NCBI GenBank assembly: GCA_903936565.1
Contig: CAIZVZ010000001.1
Location: 29,401-93,400 of the forward strand
Source: an uncultured bacterium
Lineage (GTDB): Bacteria; Patescibacteriota; Minisyncoccia; Phycocordibacterales; CAIZLB01
Length of the DNA: 64,000 bases
Direction: 5' to 3'
Shown here: positions 46,664-56,651 of the stretch, one piece after another
Layout of the letters: each line of letters opens with the position of its first letter
Position numbering within the stretch: the stretch's first letter is position 1
Notes under the pieces: generated by a model
What the model was told of the DNA's origin: nothing
Databases searched by the model: none
The model's input: the letters and a program-made list of their open reading frames with translations, nothing else
Program-made: the position numbers and the translations under genes

Positions 46664-49270
46664 TCATCCTTTTCTACCCGATAGTTTAGCAAATCTAATA
46701 AAACCATATTTAGTAATTTCAATCAAAATTACATTGAAAATATTCCACAAAACAATTACCCACAAATAGCTTAGTGGAATTGACCCTACTTGAAAAATAT
46801 CCTTCATAAGTTCGTTTGTCATAGTCAAAAATATCATTAAAAATCCAATCCAAATAGACATGTTCAAGCGCATATTAGAAAATGGATTATACTGAAAAAT
46901 TAATTTATCTAAATTTTTGAATGAATACGCAACGGATAATGCATAAGTTGCAAAACAAACAAAGAACACGGAGTGTGCCAACTGCTGATCAACAGTCTTT
47001 ATCAAGACAAAATATAAGATAAAAAGAAATATGGAGCTTACGATACCAATTCCAAACGCCAGAAACTTAACTTTAGAGTTGAATATTTTATCTTTTATTT
47101 GACGGGTATTTACGACAAACGTCTTATCGTATGCAAAAGCAAGCGCGGGCAATGTCCCCGTCAAAATATTAACCCATATTATCTGCAATGCTGTGAGTGG
47201 TAGACTGATTGCAAACAGAAGTGATCCTGTAACGACGAACACCGCACCTAGTGAGCTTGACATTAGATATATAAAAACCTTTTGAATATTAGCTTTTATC
47301 TTATGACCTTCAACAATAGTATTTGCGATAGTCTTAAAACTGTTATCTATCAATATCATATCCGCCGCCCCCTTAGCAACATCAGTGGCGGATGCTAGAG
47401 AAATTCCCATATCCATAGAGTTTAGTGCTGGAGCATCATTAACACCATCCCCCGTCATTGCCACAACCTCCCCCAGTTTTCTATATAAATTACCAATCCT
47501 CAACTTGTCTTCAGGTGTGACTCGGGCAAAAATTTTAACGTGGTTTAAGGTTTTAAGTAGCTGGGAATCATCCATTGTTTTAATTTCTTCTCCTGTGAGA
47601 ATTTCGCTGTCTGATACTTTGATACTGACTTTTTCTGCAATAAACTTAACGGTACCAGCCAAGTCTCCCGATATGATTTTTACCTTAACCCCCTTTCTCT
47701 GTATTCCAGATATATATTCATGCATATTCTCCCTTAAGGGATCTGAGAACGCAAAGAGCCCTATTACCTTTAAGCGACTTATATCTTCATCGTTCTTTGT
47801 TTTGTCACTCTTCTTGTAAGATACTGCAATTAATCTTTTACCTTGATTGCTTAACTTTTCAAATATTTCAAGTAATTTAGTTTTTTCATCAGCCTTCAAA
47901 TTTGAGTTTTCAACTAATATGTCCGGTGCCCCCATCACTATTTTTTTATGATCTGATGAAACAGATATTGAGTATTTATTAGTTGAATTAAATGGTAATA
48001 ACAATTTATTCTTTAAAACCTTATCAATATCTATTTCATGATCATAAATAGTTTTTAGTATAATTGTATCAAAAGCAGAACCTTTGTATAACCAATCCTT
48101 TTTATTTTTAGTAACCTTTTCTACCTCAGCTTCAATATTTGAGAAAGCAAATTTGAGTAACTTCTCATGTTTCTGACTGTATACACTGACGCTCGACAAC
48201 CCGTCTTCAAGCAACTCATTTATTGTGTAGATGTTAGTCAATGACAATTCAGCCCTTGTTAAGGTTCCTGTTTTATCTGTTAATATCAGAGTGGTTGAAC
48301 CAAGTGTTTCGGTTGATGATAATTTTCTAATTAAACCACCCTTCTTAGAAATATTTAAAACTCCAACAGAAAGTATTACAGTCAGAGCAATTGGCAATGC
48401 CTCAGGGACGGCTCCGACGGCAATAGCAGATGCAAGAACCAACATATCAAACATTTCCTCCCCTCTACTTACCCCCAACACAAATATCAACACCACTATT
48501 ACAAGTGTTATCAGAAATATATACCAAGACATTTGCTGTACAGCATTTTGTGTTGGTGTTTGTGTTTTCTTTGTTCCCGATATAGACAAGGCAATCTTTC
48601 CTATCTCAGTATTTTCACCAATGCTTGTAACAATCGCCTTACCGTGTCCATTAGTCGTAAATGTACCTGCATATAGATAATTGTGTCTATTAATTAAATC
48701 ATTACCCTCGACGATACCACCTGCTTTATCAACAGGTATTGATTCCCCGGTTATAATAGATTCATCGATTTTTAGTTCTGAAGATTCCAAAATCCTACAA
48801 TCAGCTGGTATTCTTGAACCATAGTTAACTATAATTATATCGCCTGGAACCAATTCAACAGCATCGATTTCCTTTGCTATTCCATTCCTTATGATACTAA
48901 CTGTATTTTTTATGAAAGAATTTAATTTCTCTATCGTGCTCTCCGCCTTGAATTCCTGCCATGTACTAAAAAAGACATTTATTAATATCGCAGCAAGTAT
49001 AACAATAGTCTCAATAATTTCGTTTAGATAGAATGTGATGGAGGAAGCGAATATGAGTATGAATATTAAGGGGCTTAGGAATTGAATAAAAAACAACTTC
49101 AATAGCCCACTTCTTTTTTTGTCTCTAATTATGTTATTACCGTACTTCTCTCTCTTGGCGTCAATCTGTGAGTCATCGAGACCTTCTATTTTTGAATCAA
49201 ATATCTCAAATAACGTTTCCTTTTTCAATAACCAATATTTGGTATCTTCTGCATTCTTTTCATTTAGCAT
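46664..49270 (-). CDS. P-type cation-transporting ATPase (type II, Ca2+/Mg2+-like)
   Basis: DKTGTLT phosphorylation motif, TGDGVNDAPAL hinge, ~10 TM helices, 868 aa. Confidence 0.9.
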   Translation of the reverse strand: MLNEKNAEDTKYWLLKKETLFEIFDSKIEGLDDSQIDAKREKYGNNIIRDKKRSGLLKLFFIQFLSPLIFILIFASSITFYLNEIIETIVILAAILINVFFSTWQEFKAESTIEKLNSFIKNTVSIIRNGIAKEIDAVELVPGDIIIVNYGSRIPADCRILESSELKIDESIITGESIPVDKAGGIVEGNDLINRHNYLYAGTFTTNGHGKAIVTSIGENTEIGKIALSISGTKKTQTPTQNAVQQMSWYIFLITLVIVVLIFVLGVSRGEEMFDMLVLASAIAVGAVPEALPIALTVILSVGVLNISKKGGLIRKLSSTETLGSTTLILTDKTGTLTRAELSLTNIYTINELLEDGLSSVSVYSQKHEKLLKFAFSNIEAEVEKVTKNKKDWLYKGSAFDTIILKTIYDHEIDIDKVLKNKLLLPFNSTNKYSISVSSDHKKIVMGAPDILVENSNLKADEKTKLLEIFEKLSNQGKRLIAVSYKKSDKTKNDEDISRLKVIGLFAFSDPLRENMHEYISGIQRKGVKVKIISGDLAGTVKFIAEKVSIKVSDSEILTGEEIKTMDDSQLLKTLNHVKIFARVTPEDKLRIGNLYRKLGEVVAMTGDGVNDAPALNSMDMGISLASATDVAKGAADMILIDNSFKTIANTIVEGHKIKANIQKVFIYLMSSSLGAVFVVTGSLLFAISLPLTALQIIWVNILTGTLPALAFAYDKTFVVNTRQIKDKIFNSKVKFLAFGIGIVSSIFLFILYFVLIKTVDQQLAHSVFFVCFATYALSVAYSFKNLDKLIFQYNPFSNMRLNMSIWIGFLMIFLTMTNELMKDIFQVGSIPLSYLWVIVLWNIFNVILIEITKYGFIRFAKLSGRKG

Positions 49271-49314
49271 TATTCAATTATATGCGATTAACACTGATTG
49301 GTCGAGGAATATTT

Positions 49315-49363
49315 AAAATACAACAACAGAAAAGGTGGGCGCGGGAGTTTCCCGCGCCCACCT
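49315..49363 (-). terminator. rho-independent terminator (perfect 14-bp stem aggtgggcgcggga/tcccgcgcccacct, 3-nt loop, T-tract on minus) downstream of 49429..50019
   Basis: Read directly. Confidence 0.6.
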
Positions 49364-49428
49364 GTGAATCATTAATCACCAGTAGACACCAGTGCGAACG
49401 ATCCACAATTCTAATCACAATACCACCA

Positions 49429-50019
49429 CTACCGAATGCACATGCACCAGACCCAAGGTAGAATCACAAACACCCCCGTCACAGTACTTACCCCAGTGAA
49501 TAGTCGGTCCTGAATAGTCCAGGTCTTGATCGACAAACTTCCGGCTGAAATAAATGCTATAGAGTTGGCAATCAAAAACCCAGTGTTTGCAAGAATGGGA
49601 CTCTCCAGTGGAAATCGATAGGTCAAAATCCAATACGGTATCCCGGCAATAGTGGAAGCGATGACAGAAATCACCAACGCCCATTTTTCACCCTTCTTGC
49701 CCTTTGTGAACAAAAGCACAACGCACATGACAACCAGAATGGCGATAAAACCATCGAGAGCAGTCAAGGTTGTATACCTATGCTTACAGGCCAAAACAAA
49801 AGTCATGACCGTGGCTCCAATTGCATAGACCTTTGGCACAGATGGTGTTGCACCACCTTGTTTCTTCGTGGTGATAAACGATATCCAGGTTAGCGCAGTC
49901 CACAAGGCAAATGAAGCAAAAGACAAGCCCTTGCCGTTTTGCATGAATGCGCAAACGATTAGATACGAGTAGCAGATGGCGATTAGCCATAAAACATACT
50001 TATCAATTTTCTTTTTCAA
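49429..50019 (-). CDS. integral membrane protein (~5 TM), hypothetical, moderately GC-rich
   Basis: 196 aa, hydrophobic helices. Confidence 0.45.
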   Translation of the reverse strand: MKKKIDKYVLWLIAICYSYLIVCAFMQNGKGLSFASFALWTALTWISFITTKKQGGATPSVPKVYAIGATVMTFVLACKHRYTTLTALDGFIAILVVMCVVLLFTKGKKGEKWALVISVIASTIAGIPYWILTYRFPLESPILANTGFLIANSIAFISAGSLSIKTWTIQDRLFTGVSTVTGVFVILPWVWCMCIR

Positions 50020-50196
50020 TTTTCAATTTCCCTTCTTGTTTGTTGTTTATATTTCAAAGCAGATCCAAAAGCACATAGATTACATGCACCATTCCAGCAC
50101 ACTTATAGACACCCTTGGAACTGCCAGGAAATATTTAAAATAAATAGCGTCTGAACAAGTTATACCACAAAAAAGCGTTCTATCAAAGAAACTAAT

Positions 50197-50841
50197 CTAC
50201 CTATTAATTTTCAATTTCTTGTAATCGTTAGCTAGTCTAAAGTTTTTAACATAAGGGAAAAGAATAACTAGAACAAGTGCGGCAACAGTGTTGAATAATG
50301 CTGATATTATAAAGACTGTTGAAAATCCATAGTTCGTTGCGACATAACCACCAATCAGTCCTCCAACAGACGCTGATATCGTCAATCCACCGACGCTAAA
50401 CAGACTCCATTCATAACCCTGACTGTCTTTATCAATATGATGAGAAAAGATTGCATAATATGAAGCCATAATACAAGCATCTGCGATACCTGTAAAAATA
50501 TTTAGTACATACAAATGCCAAACATCTTTAATCAAGATAAAGGCAAAACTATAGATAATTGCCATCAAAATTCCAAAAAGTAGGATGTAGAAATCATCGC
50601 GCTCGCCTTTCATCATGTCCAACCTTCTAGCGATTGGGATTTGAAAAATAGCTTTAACGATTGAGTATATCGCAATAGACACCCCAACCACAGCTAGTGT
50701 TGCACCAACAACGTGCTGAGTAACGTAGATTGCAATTATAGGCAAATATAAACCTGCGGAAACATTAAACAAAAAAATAAAAGTTAATAAAGTCTTTATT
50801 GCCTTATTAATAATTGAGTGATTTTTATTTTTTACTACCAT
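50197..50841 (-). CDS. MFS-like 6-TM membrane protein of half the usual length
   Basis: Six helices and MFS-like loop IARRLDMMKGERD; only 214 aa. Confidence 0.4.
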   Translation of the reverse strand: MVVKNKNHSIINKAIKTLLTFIFLFNVSAGLYLPIIAIYVTQHVVGATLAVVGVSIAIYSIVKAIFQIPIARRLDMMKGERDDFYILLFGILMAIIYSFAFILIKDVWHLYVLNIFTGIADACIMASYYAIFSHHIDKDSQGYEWSLFSVGGLTISASVGGLIGGYVATNYGFSTVFIISALFNTVAALVLVILFPYVKNFRLANDYKKLKINR

Positions 50842-50886
50842 GATATATATAATATCATGAAAAGATACAATTAATATTCGATTAGT

Positions 50887-51855
50887 CTAGAATAGTATCT
50901 TCCCTTCAGGAGAATATAATTCAACAGATTTAATACTCTTGTACTGTGTCAAAGTATCCTTAATTACGCTCATCAGATGAGAGCTCTCACAACTACTCAA
51001 CCCTCCTATTGGACGTCCTTCTGGTGTTTTATCACTCGCAAGCACAACCTTTGCAACTCCACCCGCAACACTAACTGATTTATATACACCATACTTTGAT
51101 AATTCAGAATCAAACAGGATTTCAAGTGAAGCATTGGCAACCGCAGAAGTTATCGGGATTTGATAAGTAACTTTTTTTGTTATCCCACAATCTTTAGTCT
51201 TCGCCATTTCTTTGTCTTGTAAATACACAATCAAAGACATCGTCTCTGACGGTGGAGTTGTTGCAGTTGATGTAGACACCTTGCTGCCCACCACCACAGC
51301 CGCACTCTGATCCAAAATCAAAGGTAATTCAAATGTATCAACAGGCGGCATTCCCGATGCATTCTCTTCTGTAAAAACAGCCTTTAATTCAGTTCCATTA
51401 GCAAGACCTACTCCTTCGTTATTAAAATTTAAGCCGACAGAAAACAAGCTATTAACTTCGGTCCAATTTTCAGCGATAACAGGTTTTGATTCACCAAGTT
51501 TTTTCCACTCACCATCACTGCTTCTAAAATATATTTGTGCAACTCCCGCTTGACCCTCAAATATTTGCCAAGAGCACCCATTTACTTTACTGTTTGAATT
51601 ATCAATTACCCCCTTAATTACCAAAGGAAATCCAACCCTGCTTTTTGGTGAATGCGAAGTGACCGTCAAACCACACTTACTATTTGTTACGACTGACACG
51701 CCACTATTCTTGGGAATAATTTGACTCCAAAAACTAGAGTTAATTCTCAAATATACATACGCTCCAACAACAATTATTAAAAGCCCAATAATTTCAAGCA
51801 ATAAAATTAGTATTCCCCCGCTTTTGTATTTTTTCATATTATATATATTATACAA
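50887..51855 (-). CDS. secreted/membrane-anchored hypothetical protein (possible GerMN/Gmad2-like C-terminal domain)
   Basis: N-terminal TM; domain assignment weak. Confidence 0.4.
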   Translation of the reverse strand: MYNIYNMKKYKSGGILILLLEIIGLLIIVVGAYVYLRINSSFWSQIIPKNSGVSVVTNSKCGLTVTSHSPKSRVGFPLVIKGVIDNSNSKVNGCSWQIFEGQAGVAQIYFRSSDGEWKKLGESKPVIAENWTEVNSLFSVGLNFNNEGVGLANGTELKAVFTEENASGMPPVDTFELPLILDQSAAVVVGSKVSTSTATTPPSETMSLIVYLQDKEMAKTKDCGITKKVTYQIPITSAVANASLEILFDSELSKYGVYKSVSVAGGVAKVVLASDKTPEGRPIGGLSSCESSHLMSVIKDTLTQYKSIKSVELYSPEGKILF

Positions 51856-51876
51856 TAAAACAGACCGAATGTTGCA

Positions 51877-52281
51877 CTAATCAGCCTTAACCAATAACTG
51901 TAGTCCCTTCCTTAACATATCAACATACTTCCCGTCTCTACTGGCTGGATGAGGTAGATACTGACTTTTTACACCATTTTCAATTAAGACCTTCTCAATG
52001 TATTTTCCTAAGGAAATTAGTACATAACCATCCTTCTCAAATTTCATCAATTTATTTTTTGTCGCCTTATCCAATACCCTTGAATCCTCTTCTTCTTTGG
52101 AATTCCACAAATCAAAGTATATCGGATCAATACTGAGATCCAATACAATTTTTCTCAATATTCTACCAGAAGTCGTTTTAGGGTGGAATGGTTCATCGTA
52201 ACCCTTAGGGTATCCGCCAATAAGAACAATTTTATTCTTCATAATCTTCCAGCGAATAAACATCAAAAGCAATCTCCTCAT
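51877..52281 (-). CDS. uracil-DNA glycosylase superfamily-like small protein (start probably internal MKNKIVLIGG ~52242)
   Basis: VLIGGYPKGYDEPFHPKTTSGRIL resembles UDG family-4 motif A (GEAPG..E...G.PF.G..G); C-terminal HPASR resembles motif B HPSP. Confidence 0.42.
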   Translation of the reverse strand: MRRLLLMFIRWKIMKNKIVLIGGYPKGYDEPFHPKTTSGRILRKIVLDLSIDPIYFDLWNSKEEEDSRVLDKATKNKLMKFEKDGYVLISLGKYIEKVLIENGVKSQYLPHPASRDGKYVDMLRKGLQLLVKAD

Positions 52282-52561
52282 AAGGGTGAACTTTCTTTAC
52301 AGCTTCAATTACCGCTTTCAAGATATCTCTAGGTACCACAACCTCTATCTTTTCCTCCTCTACAGATTCATAATTCATTGCTTCCCCTATTGCTGGATTA
52401 GAGTTTTCGTTACCTCTAAACCTACCTGTACCGATTGTCGAAAAAGAACAAAGATCATAATTTCCTATTTTACCCGCACCTGCCTTACCAAGTGCTTCAC
52501 GCACAATGTCGGCATGAGAAAGTGGAGTGAAGATAACAAGTTTTACATTAGATGATGTCAT
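52232..52561 (-). CDS. stand-alone Nif3/YqfO insertion-domain (PII-like) protein
   Basis: KLVIFTP...VREALGKAGAGKIGNYDLCSF...GTGRFRGNENSNPAIGE...KIEVVVPRDIL...HPYEEIAFDVYSL matches the inserted domain of Nif3-family proteins. Confidence 0.45.
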   Translation of the reverse strand: MTSSNVKLVIFTPLSHADIVREALGKAGAGKIGNYDLCSFSTIGTGRFRGNENSNPAIGEAMNYESVEEEKIEVVVPRDILKAVIEAVKKVHPYEEIAFDVYSLEDYEE

Positions 52562-52585
52562 ATAATTAATTAAAAAAATGTAATA

Positions 52586-53992
52586 CTATTTAATATTCCC
52601 AACCAAAGTCTTACAGCTTTCAACAGAGCCTGTTGTATCATCTTTAACACTATCACATATACTGCTATCATAATTTCTTTGAGCAACTAAATAGAAACAA
52701 CTGTTCCTTGTGGCTGAGAAAGTATTTTTAGCATCAATGGGTATATTAAAACAAATTTTAGGATTGCCAGACGCTACAGCAACACCTTGAAAGCACTTAT
52801 TTTTATTTTCATCCAAATCGAAACCATCATTTTTATTTACCGTATTACACAATGCTTGATCTTGTTCTAAATAGGCTTTATTAATTATAAAAGCAGACGT
52901 ACTCTCCACTTCTTTAATATAGCCAGAGTGTGTATATTTTGGAACACCATTAGTATATAATGCCTTCATCAGAGCGGCTGGATTATCTTTAATCGTAAAT
53001 ACTGGAGTCTTAGCATCCGTTCGAACATTATTCAATTCGTATAGTTTAATATAGTATTGACCCGTTGGAATAGACAACATAGGCACTGTCCAGTCCACAT
53101 TCTTAGATTGTCCCATACGGAAACCTTCAGAAAAATTTGACGCATCTGGATTAACTTCATGATCATCTGATGCTCTAAATAATCTCATTTTGATTGTCGA
53201 TACATCTATACTACTTTTCCACGTAATATTAACTTTGTCATCATATTTGAATATATCCCCTGCTTTTGGAGTTAGAAAATTAAATGCAAACACTGGTTTA
53301 TTAACAGGAATGGAAATAGAAGCCTCTGTATTTTTAAATTGAGTACCGTAACCACCAGAACAATTTAAGTCAACCTTCAAATTATTTTCATAATCATTTC
53401 CAGCACGGGCATAAATTTCAACAGAGTCTACACCCTTTCTGTTGTTAATTGGGTCACTCATCATCTTACCGATGTCTCCCCCGTCAACATAGGGGATGTC
53501 TGAAAATCCACCAAACTTACAATGATCCATACCTGGGGCATTCCAAGATATTTTTATCTTTGAACCAAAATCAACTCTTGGTATGTCGGATAAACCATTA
53601 ACTTTAACGCTAATAGGATTAGTCTTAGCGCTCACACCTTGTAGAAAAACATAAGGTCCATTATTTGGGAATGTGTCACCATCAGCTAGGAATAATATCT
53701 TAGTCTTATCTGCTACTGCTTTTTTACTATTGTCAGAACTAGAGACGGAATCAGTTTTAGGACTGATAGGCTTACTTGTTTCTGGTTGCACTTGTGCTTG
53801 TTCAGCTACAGGTTTTTGAACATTACCACTCTGATTATCTGATAAGGTATCTTCTGTTACTTTAGTGGCACTTGTACTATTCGAATTTGAATTACTTTTT
53901 TGATTATAAGTATATATCCCCCCTCCGACACCCAGCAAAACAATTACAGCTAACACAAGCGGAACAACAAAACCTTGATTATGATTTTTCAT
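52586..53992 (-). CDS. secreted hypothetical protein (N-terminal TM anchor, S/N-rich linker)
   Basis: 468 aa; no recognisable catalytic motif. Confidence 0.5.
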   Translation of the reverse strand: MKNHNQGFVVPLVLAVIVLLGVGGGIYTYNQKSNSNSNSTSATKVTEDTLSDNQSGNVQKPVAEQAQVQPETSKPISPKTDSVSSSDNSKKAVADKTKILFLADGDTFPNNGPYVFLQGVSAKTNPISVKVNGLSDIPRVDFGSKIKISWNAPGMDHCKFGGFSDIPYVDGGDIGKMMSDPINNRKGVDSVEIYARAGNDYENNLKVDLNCSGGYGTQFKNTEASISIPVNKPVFAFNFLTPKAGDIFKYDDKVNITWKSSIDVSTIKMRLFRASDDHEVNPDASNFSEGFRMGQSKNVDWTVPMLSIPTGQYYIKLYELNNVRTDAKTPVFTIKDNPAALMKALYTNGVPKYTHSGYIKEVESTSAFIINKAYLEQDQALCNTVNKNDGFDLDENKNKCFQGVAVASGNPKICFNIPIDAKNTFSATRNSCFYLVAQRNYDSSICDSVKDDTTGSVESCKTLVGNIK

Positions 53993-54021
53993 ATACTAAT
54001 ATTGTACCTTAAAATCTTTAA

Positions 54022-54324
54022 TTAATTAAACCTCTCTACGTCCCTTTTTACAACCTTATCCAAACTTTTCCTTATCGCATTATCAAGACTTATATTATTG
54101 GAATTTGCATAACAAATTAGTGTGTAGATAATATCACCAATCTCCTCTTCCACATCTTGCTCAACCTCTTCGAGTTTTTTCTTTTTTGGACCATAGACAT
54201 GGTTAACCAATCTTGCAAATTCACCGCCCTCCTCAAATAGTCGCGCCAATATCTCATGTGGACTCCAGTAGGGCCAATTATTATCCTTGAACCACTTATC
54301 CAGTTCTTTTTGGTATTTTTCCAT
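54022..54324 (-). CDS. mazG: MazG-like nucleotide pyrophosphohydrolase
   Basis: EEGGEFARLV and EEIGDIIYTLICYAN EExxE motifs. Confidence 0.8.
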   Translation of the reverse strand: MEKYQKELDKWFKDNNWPYWSPHEILARLFEEGGEFARLVNHVYGPKKKKLEEVEQDVEEEIGDIIYTLICYANSNNISLDNAIRKSLDKVVKRDVERFN

Positions 54325-54390
54325 AACACTTAAATTATACTACCAAAATATAGATGTGCCATCAGATGCGCCACCGAATAGGTGCAGGTA

Positions 54391-55878
54391 CTATTTCCCT
54401 AATTCCTCATCAATCAACCTCGCACTTATTCTTCCTGATTCAACAATTGTTGGCAATCCACTACCGGGATGTGTTCCACCACCTACAATGTATAAATTAG
54501 AATACCCCTCTAGCCTATTGTGGGGGCGCAGATAAAGCATTTGGTCTAATGCATGAGACAAGTTAAATACACCGCCTTTGTAGACACTGAATTCATTTTG
54601 CCAATCGAGCGGAGTGATCACCTTCTCAACTTCAATATATTGCCTAATATCTTTAAGTTCTGTTTTCTCTTCAATCTTATCTAATATCAAATCTCGAAAC
54701 TTACTTTTTTCCTTTTCCCAATCTATATTTCCTTTTAGATTAGGAACCGGTACAAGCACATATAGAGTAGACTTTCCTTCAGGTGCCAAGGAATCATCGG
54801 TGACCGACGGATTATGAATATAAAACGATGGGTCGGCAGAGAGAGTCATTCTTTCATATATTTCCTCTGTATTATTTTTATAATCTTCACTGAAAACTAT
54901 ATTGTGATGCGGAATATTATATTTCTTTGAAATTCCCAAATAAATCATAAACGTTGAGCAAGAATAATCACGTCCATTTAAATTTTTATCTGTATACTTC
55001 GGACGGTGACTCTCCGGTATTAAATGAGACATTCCATATGCAAAATCAGCATTCATGATTATAGAATCAGCGTAAAACTTTTCTCCATTTTCTAATTCAA
55101 CACCTATAGCTTTATTTTTATCAAAGATAATTTCTTTCACTCCTGTGCTAAGTTTAATAATCGCACCTGAATCTTGTGCAGCTTTTGCAAGTCCTTCTGA
55201 AATCTTATGTACCCCACCCTGTGGATGATACACACCAAATGCGTGCTCAACATAAGATAAGATTGTAAAAGCCCCAGGACATTTCCAAGGAGACATCCCT
55301 AGATACTTAGCCTGAAATGCCATGGCAATTTTAAAATCTTCACTTTTAAAGTATTTAGATAAAACTCCGTGAACTGATTTTCCAAGATCCATTACAGGAA
55401 AGGCTTTCAGAAGCTTTAATCTTAAATAGTTATACCAACGCATATATGGAACCGTCAGACACTTATACAACCTATCGTACTTTACCTTCTGAGACTTCAT
55501 ATATTTATCATATCCATCAATCTCCCCAGGAAATACTCTGGTTATTTCCTTCTTTAGGTTTTCCTTATCAAAATGCACAAAAAAATCCGTTCCATCTGCA
55601 TATTTTAATCTATACATTGGATCAAGACGTGTCATGGTCATATAGTCTTCAATATTCTTACCAGCTTCCTTAAAGGTCTCACTAAAGACATCGGGTAGCA
55701 TCACAAAGGTCGGCCCAAGCTCGAACTTGAATCCATTCAAGTTCATGACTGAGTTTCTACCACCAAAATGGGACTTCTTCTCATATATAGTCACATTATA
55801 ACCTTTGCTAGCCAAGAGCATTGCCGATGTTAGACCACCCGGTCCTGCTCCAATGATGATTATCGATTTATTTTTCAT
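54391..55878 (-). CDS. CrtI/phytoene-desaturase-family FAD-dependent oxidoreductase
   Basis: N-terminal IIIGAGPGGLTSAMLLASKGYNVTIYEKKSHFGGR dinucleotide-binding motif; C-terminal YIVGGGTHPGSGLPTIVESG typical of the CrtI family. Confidence 0.75.
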   Translation of the reverse strand: MKNKSIIIIGAGPGGLTSAMLLASKGYNVTIYEKKSHFGGRNSVMNLNGFKFELGPTFVMLPDVFSETFKEAGKNIEDYMTMTRLDPMYRLKYADGTDFFVHFDKENLKKEITRVFPGEIDGYDKYMKSQKVKYDRLYKCLTVPYMRWYNYLRLKLLKAFPVMDLGKSVHGVLSKYFKSEDFKIAMAFQAKYLGMSPWKCPGAFTILSYVEHAFGVYHPQGGVHKISEGLAKAAQDSGAIIKLSTGVKEIIFDKNKAIGVELENGEKFYADSIIMNADFAYGMSHLIPESHRPKYTDKNLNGRDYSCSTFMIYLGISKKYNIPHHNIVFSEDYKNNTEEIYERMTLSADPSFYIHNPSVTDDSLAPEGKSTLYVLVPVPNLKGNIDWEKEKSKFRDLILDKIEEKTELKDIRQYIEVEKVITPLDWQNEFSVYKGGVFNLSHALDQMLYLRPHNRLEGYSNLYIVGGGTHPGSGLPTIVESGRISARLIDEELGK

Positions 55879-55943
55879 TGAGTATGATTATACCATTTAT
55901 TTATGCTGCGAAAAGGCCTTCGAAGCCATTATAGTCACCTACA

Positions 55944-56372
55944 CTAATTATACAGCGCATACCCCTTAGTCAATGTATCAACTTCCTTGGATAATCCATA
56001 TAACAAACAACCAAAATATTTAAAGTCCTCCGTTTTTTTCAGCAGCATAGAATCACACAGATCGTAATCATGCCTTGTATCAAGCATTTCTTTAGGAAAA
56101 TCTATGAGGGTAATACCTTCTACCTCCTTAGCCCCGATAATCAAATCAGATATCTCATCCGAATTTCCACTTTTAATTATAAAACCATACCTTGCGATTC
56201 CTTTGTGTCCAAAACCTGAGGCATCAAGAAGGATCTCTCTTCCCATTAAATCATCATCCCTATTTACTCCAAGCGATACCGCCATATGGCCAAGTACATT
56301 CAATGCCTGCCATTTTTCAATTTCAGTATTTATCACTGCAACAATTTTCTTTTGTTTATAGTCGTAAGTCAT
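55944..56372 (-). CDS. DUF2000-like small protein
   Basis: 142 aa, KIVAVINTEIEKWQALNVLGHMAVSLG pattern reminiscent of DUF2000; weak. Confidence 0.33.
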   Translation of the reverse strand: MTYDYKQKKIVAVINTEIEKWQALNVLGHMAVSLGVNRDDDLMGREILLDASGFGHKGIARYGFIIKSGNSDEISDLIIGAKEVEGITLIDFPKEMLDTRHDYDLCDSMLLKKTEDFKYFGCLLYGLSKEVDTLTKGYALYN

Positions 56373-56456
56373 ATTAATATTATAAATTTTGATGATCTGG
56401 ATTATATCACAATATCATACATAGACACCCCTAAGGACATGAGTTAATATTAGACT

Positions 56457-56651
56457 ATGGAAATAAGGGAATTAACCAACGCGAGCAAACTAAATGATAT
56501 TATTGATATCTATAAAACCTACAACCCCAGCTCGGAGGAAATAGCGGAAGCAGATATAGCTCTTAAGGAGGACATTACTGAACTCGGAACTAATCGTGCA
56601 TTCTTTATAGCAGAGGATGAGAAAGTTTTTTATCTATATAAAATAATTTAA
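56457..56651 (+). CDS. small hypothetical protein (first gene of a TAATG-coupled pair)
   Basis: 64-aa ORF on opposite strand to all neighbours; stop overlaps next start (TAATG). Confidence 0.25.
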   Translation: MEIRELTNASKLNDIIDIYKTYNPSSEEIAEADIALKEDITELGTNRAFFIAEDEKVFYLYKII

